From positions 62,001-126,000 of the forward strand of contig NIVC01001275.1 in the NCBI GenBank assembly GCA_002269645.1: a stretch of 64,000 nt of DNA. The letters are read 5' to 3'. The notes below the pieces were generated by a model. It was given only the letters and a program-made list of their open reading frames with translations, was not told the origin of the DNA and did not search any database. Source of the stretch: Macrostomum lignano. Taxonomy: Eukaryota. How positions within the stretch are numbered: the first letter of the stretch is position 1; each line of letters opens with the position of its first letter. The translations under genes and the position numbers were made by a program. Positions 59,501-64,000 of the stretch are shown piece by piece.

Positions 59501-62500
59501 CCGCTCCTACCCAGGCTCGGAGATCTCGCCCAGAGCGCTGTCCACCCGTCTGATCAGCGGAATCTGGTGGTTCTTCACCCTCATCATGATCAGCTCGTAC
59601 ACGGCCAACCTGGCCGCCTTTCTCACTGTGGAGCGGATGCAGTCGCCCATCGAGAGTGCCGAGGACTTGGCCAAGCAGACCAAGATCAAGTACGGCACCC
59701 TGTACGGCGGCTCCACTTATCAGTTCTTCAAGGTGAGGTTGGCCGGGTGTGACAGCTGAATGTAAATATGATTAAATGTCTGCAGAAGGGCTGCGGGCAA
59801 CGCCTTTCTCGACAAAATCCTACCATGGGTGTACACACGCTCACACAGAGTGTACACGCTCACACAGGGTGTACACACGCTCACACTGGGTGTACACACG
59901 CTCACACAGGGTGTACACACGCTCACACAGGGCGTACACACGCTCACACAGGGTGTACACACGCTCACATAGGGTGTACACACGCTCACACAGGGCGTAC
60001 ACACGCTCACACAGGGTGTACACACGCTCACACAGGGCGTACACACGCTCACACAGGGTGTACACACGCTCACACAGGGCGTACACACGCTCACACAGGG
60101 CGTACACACGCTCACATAGGGTGTACACACGCTCACACAGGGCGTACACATGCTCACACAGGGCGTACACACGCTCACACAGGGTGTACACACACTCACA
60201 CAGGGTGTACACACGCTCACACAGGGTGTACACACGCTCACACAGGGCGTACACACGCTCACACAGGGTGTACACACGCTCACACAGGGCGTACACACGC
60301 TCACACAGGGTGTACACACGCTCACACAGGGTGTACACACGCTCACACAGGGCGTACACACGCTCACACAGGGCGTACACACGCTCACACAGGGTGTACA
60401 CACGCTCACACTGGGTGTACACACGCTCACACAGGGTGTACACACGCTCACACAGGGTGTACACACGCTCACACAGAATGTACACACGCTCACACAGGGT
60501 GTACACATGCTCACACAGGGTGTACACACGCTCAAACTGGGTGTACACACACTCACACAGAGTGTACACACACTCACACAGGGTGTACACGCGTTCACAC
60601 AGGGTGTACACGCGCTCACACAGGGTGTATACACGCTTACACAGGGTGTACACACGCTCACACAGGGTGTACACACGCTCACACAGGGTGTACACACGCT
60701 CACACAGGGTGTATACACGCTTACACAGGGTGTACACACGCTCACACAGGGCGTACACACGCTCACACAGGGTGTACACACGCTCACACAGGGTGTACAC
60801 ACGCTCACACAGGGTGTACACACGCTCACACAGGGTGTACAGCGGCCCTGACTTGCTAGTCGTCAGGCATGTACACTCTCTGTGCCTTGGGGCCTGGCCC
60901 TCCCGGGTTTGAATGGCACGAATACAAAATGAATATATTCCTTTAACGTCACGTGCTTCAACAGAGAAAAATGCTGCATTTTGATGCTTTTTTCAAAGCA
61001 CGAATTGTTACAGCGAAACAAAATATTCCTGCTATACACTATCTTCTCTACTGCTGTGAGTAGACGAAATCGTTTTTTTACCAGTCGTTTTGCTCTTCAA
61101 TCGACAGCGCGCCAAAATCGAGGTGTTTCGCAAGATGTGGAACTACATGAGCAAACGTCCGGAGGTTTTCGTCAATCGCACAGGGGACGGCATCGCCAGG
61201 GTGAAACAGGGCGGCTACGCCTTCATCCTGGAGAGCACCATGAACGAGTACTACGCGGAGAGGAACTGCGACCTCATGCGCGTTGGAGGCCTACTCGACT
61301 CCAAAGGCTATGGCATCGGCTTGCCGACTGGTAAAGTCAAGGGTTGTACTTTTGGAGATATTGTAGTGCCTGACCCGCTGCAAGGTAGCCAGGTGTGGCA
61401 GATAATGGCGCATTCTAGATAATTGTGGTCTCATATGGTAATTGAAATTGGCGGTTCAACTTTCATTACGGTTAAACCTCTCAGCACCAAGTTTCATATT
61501 GTCTGAAAGTTGTAAGCATCCATTTTCGTAACGCCTAAACTTCATCACTGTTTGGAATCGTTAATGAAAATCTTAACTATCGATTAGGAGGAGTGAAGTT
61601 TAGGTCTTGTGAAAGCGCCCCCAGCGCCATACCCGGAACGTTCGCCAGTCCTCACCCCCTCGCTTCCTCAACCCCTCAACCTCCCAACTCCTCACTTCCT
61701 CACCCTCTCACCCCTCACCCACTCACCCCCTCACTCCCTCCCCCTCACCCTCTCAAACCCTATCACCCCTCAACCCCTCACCTCCACGCCCCTCACCCCT
61801 CACCCCTCGCCCCCTTACTCCCTCACCCCCTCACCCCCCCAACTCCTCACCCCTCACCCCACCCCACCCCCTCACTCCCTTCACTTCCTCACTCCCTTCA
61901 CCCCCTCACTCCCTCCCCCCTCAATCCCATCACCCCTCAAACCCATCTTCCCTCAACCCCATCACCCCTCAACCCCTCACCACCTCACTCCTTTCACCAC
62001 CTCACTCCTTCACCCCCTCACCCTCCCAACTCCTTAACCCCAAACCCCCTCACCCACTCACTCCCTCACTCCCTCACTCCCTCCCCCTCACCCTTTCAAA
62101 CCCTCAACCCCTCAACCCCTCAACCCCTCACCCCCTCACCCCCTCACGCCCTCACCCCCTCACTCCCTCCCCTCACCCTCTCAACCCCTCACGCCCTCAG
62201 CCCCTCACCCCCTCACTCCCTCCCCCTCACCCTCTCAGCCCCTCACGCCCTCAGCCCCTCACCCCCTCACTCCCTCCCCCTCACCCTCTCAACCCCTCAC
62301 GCCCTCAGCCCCTCACCCCTCACTCCCTCCCCCCTCACCCTCTCAACCCCTCACCCTCTCAACCCCTCACCCTCTCAACCCCTCAACCTCCTCACCCCGT
62401 CGCCCCGTCAGGCTCGCCCTACCGGGACGCCCTCTCCGAGGCGATTCTGAAGTTCCAGAAGGAGCAGGACCTAGAAAACCTTCGCCGCAAGTGGTGGCGC

Positions 62501-63108
62501 GAGATGGACATTCAGACACGATGCGAGGATGTCGCACCGGACAGTCAGGGACCGGCAGGTCTAGGCATCGACCAGGTGGCCGGTGTCTACGTGGTCCTGG
62601 CGATCGGCACCGCGGTTGGCGTGCTGGTCATGGCGATGGAGTTCGGCCTGAAGTTCATGAAGCGGGCGGACGAGGATCGAGTAAGTGTACACTCTTGGTG
62701 TTTGTGTACATTCTCGAATTACAGCTTGATTGTACATCCTCAGGGTACAGCCTAATTGTACATCCTTAGATTAGAGCTTCACTGTACACCCTTGTCTGAC
62801 TGAATTAGGCTGACAACTTTCAAGACAGATAATGTTGTTGGCTGGGATTCAAATGTATCGTATAAAATTTCTATGAACAATCTAAAATAAAAATTCGCAT
62901 TTATGCGTCATTTTAACACTTTCAGCCCCCCAATCTTAGCCCCCAACCTTGCTTTCGCCACCTTCCTCAGCAACCGCTGGCCACCGAGTTCATCCAGGAG
63001 CTGAAGTTCGCCATCAGCTGTTTCGGCTCGTCCACCCGGCCGGCCAATCACCTGGCCGAGCGGGCTCGACAGCTGCGAAGCCAAACCGGCAGCGGCCGGG
63101 AGCGACAG
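53138..63108 (+). CDS. Ionotropic glutamate receptor, kainate-type; exons 53138-53249, 53686-53850, 53951-54208, 54779-54951, 55055-55108, 55822-56016, 56845-57003, 57672-57788, 58262-58375, 58484-58711, 58787-58948, 59255-59435, 59515-59732, 61108-61330, 62412-62680, 62971-63108; terminal exon unresolved
   Basis: Signal peptide; ATD (VVAIVGP, PHIETTW); S1 ([23 protein letters not shown]); M2 GSLMQQG; M3 SYTANLAAF; S2 ([27 protein letters not shown]); M4. All 15 introns are GT-AG with consistent phases. The kainate (GRIK-like) assignment rests on motif recall. Confidence 0.95.
53262..53662. repeat. (TCTG)n in iGluR intron 1, with TTAGTG interruptions
   Basis: Reverse complement of the GACA/CACTAA family. 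Confidence 0.95.
54245..54735. repeat. 12-bp minisatellite (TGACCTCACTCA/TGACCTCACTTA) in iGluR intron 3
   Basis: Read directly from the sequence. Confidence 0.93.
55140..55800. repeat. 20-bp minisatellite (CATGAGTGAGTTCATGGGGT) in iGluR intron 5
   Basis: Read directly from the sequence. Confidence 0.93.
56030..56755. repeat. 22+23-bp composite minisatellite (CATTCACACAGC core) in iGluR intron 6
   Basis: Read directly from the sequence. Confidence 0.9.
57060..57592. repeat. 30-bp minisatellite (GACTCAAATGGGTGCTGCGTGTTTATTTGC) in iGluR intron 7
   Basis: Read directly from the sequence. Confidence 0.92.
57795..58200. repeat. ~24-bp degenerate minisatellite (ATCCGGTTCCATTATCCCGACAAC) in iGluR intron 8
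   Basis: Read directly from the sequence. Confidence 0.85.
58970..59185. repeat. ~36-bp minisatellite (TGTGATTGGCTGCTGAGTGACCGGCTCTTTCCCGGC) in iGluR intron 11
   Basis: About five units. Confidence 0.85.
59826..60841. repeat. 21-bp minisatellite (ACACACGCTCACACAGGGTGT), ~48 copies, in iGluR intron 13
   Basis: Runs directly into a hairpin-element copy. Confidence 0.96.
60820..60925 (+). mobile_element. Dispersed hairpin element copy
   Basis: CACACAGGGTGTACAGCGGCCCTGACTTGCTAGTCGTCAGGCATGTACACTCTCTGTGCCTTGGGG. Confidence 0.7.
61640..62400. repeat. C-rich degenerate repeat (CCCTCAC...) in iGluR intron 14
   Basis: Read directly from the sequence. Confidence 0.9.
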
Positions 63109-63134
63109 GTGAGAGTTGGCGGAATCACAGCCAT

Positions 63135-63235
63135 GAGGGACAAAGCCCCAGAGTACAGAGAGTGTACATGTCTGACGATTAGAAAGTTGAAGGGTCGCTG
63201 TACACCCTGTGTGAGCGTGTGTACGAGTGCTTACC
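63135..63235 (-). mobile_element. Dispersed hairpin element copy
   Basis: Reverse complement TACACACGCTCACACAGGGTGTACAGCGACCCTTCAACTTTCTAATCGTCAGACATGTACACTCTCTGTAC. Confidence 0.65.
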
Positions 63236-64000
63236 TGCGTACAGTATCGCCTCGGTGCTGCAGTTGTGAACAAGTTTTATAAAACGCTTTTAGACTAGTT
63301 TACACTAATAAAAGACTGCTATTTCATAGGTGTTGCGCACAACTGCTAATCTGCATTGAATTTCAATGTTTAAAAATGCGAAGAAAAAACTGCGAAGAAT
63401 AGATTAAGGAGAAGCTATTGATGTGTTGTTAATCCTTATAGAGTGTATCCAAAACAGACTCGAACACTTCCAGTCCAGGAGTTGTTTAGAAGTCCACGGA
63501 TTTGGTCACGTGAGGGAGTGAGTTCAGTACAGTCTTGGAAAACTGCCTAATCTAAGCAATAAAAAGCTCAAAGGTACAGTCAAACCGTCTCAATGCCGAA
63601 GGCGATGCGCCTCGCCTCATCAGTGGACGCCTCCATGGACGACGGCGTTTTTCCGTCGCCGCCGTTTGAAGAAGCCGCCGCCGCCGCCGCCGATGCGAGG
63701 CTGCCGTCACAGCCGCGAAATGGAGGCGGGCGCCGACGCCAAGGGGCTACGAGATGGCGCTGCAGACTCCTCCTTCAGCGAGGCGCTTGCAGCAGCAGCC
63801 GCCGCCACCGCCGCCGCCACCGCCGCCGCCACCGCTGCAGCAGCAGCAGAGCTTTGAGTTCGGTGGCGCCCAGTTCGCGCTGGCCAGCGACAGCCCGTCG
63901 GCAATGCAGGTCCGCATGGCTGGGCTCAGGCGAGCCGGCAGCAGCTACAGAGACCAGTTTCCCAACTGATGCCTTCGCATATATTCGAAGACAAGGAGCG

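Noticed and set aside
59402-59514. Editing-complementary sequence for the Q/R site (ATG CAA CAG)
   Set aside because: No complement to the exon end was found in the 79-nt intron 12; editing cannot be inferred from the DNA.

Overview
Eukaryotic (animal) genomic DNA with GT-AG introns, GC-rich exons and about 30 different micro/minisatellite arrays, most inside introns. This architecture resembles the free-living flatworm Macrostomum; the organism is an inference, not proven. Protein genes: two divergently oriented rhodopsin-class peptide-type GPCRs (1126-11009 minus; 21600-24093 plus), a 77-aa InaF-motif membrane protein (28361-28594), an intronless secreted 8-Cys protein ending in G-K-K (33564-33974), a complete 4-exon Arp2 (37557-41469 minus), an unknown Gly/Cys- plus Asn/Met-rich gene (48613-49235), and a kainate-type ionotropic glutamate receptor with at least 16 coding exons (53138-63108 and beyond). 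Mobile DNA: a full-length but inactivated mariner (44243-45533), a second mariner relic, two inverted tRNA-derived CORE-like SINEs, a foldback MITE-like element and a five-copy dispersed hairpin element. Almost all long ORFs in the supplied track are artefacts of stop-free repeat units. Most notable signals: (i) a ~2.65-kb nearly CpG-free island next to a mariner whose lesions are largely CpG transitions, a methylation-type silencing scar; (ii) nearly every long intron carries its own private minisatellite, two glutamate receptor introns carry mutually complementary arrays around exons 4-5, and some Arp2 units look like in-frame micro-exons; (iii) one array is a direct amplification of part of the dispersed hairpin element; (iv) candidate 35-41 nt mini-introns; (v) several small orphan proteins. 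All coordinates and counts were derived by eye.
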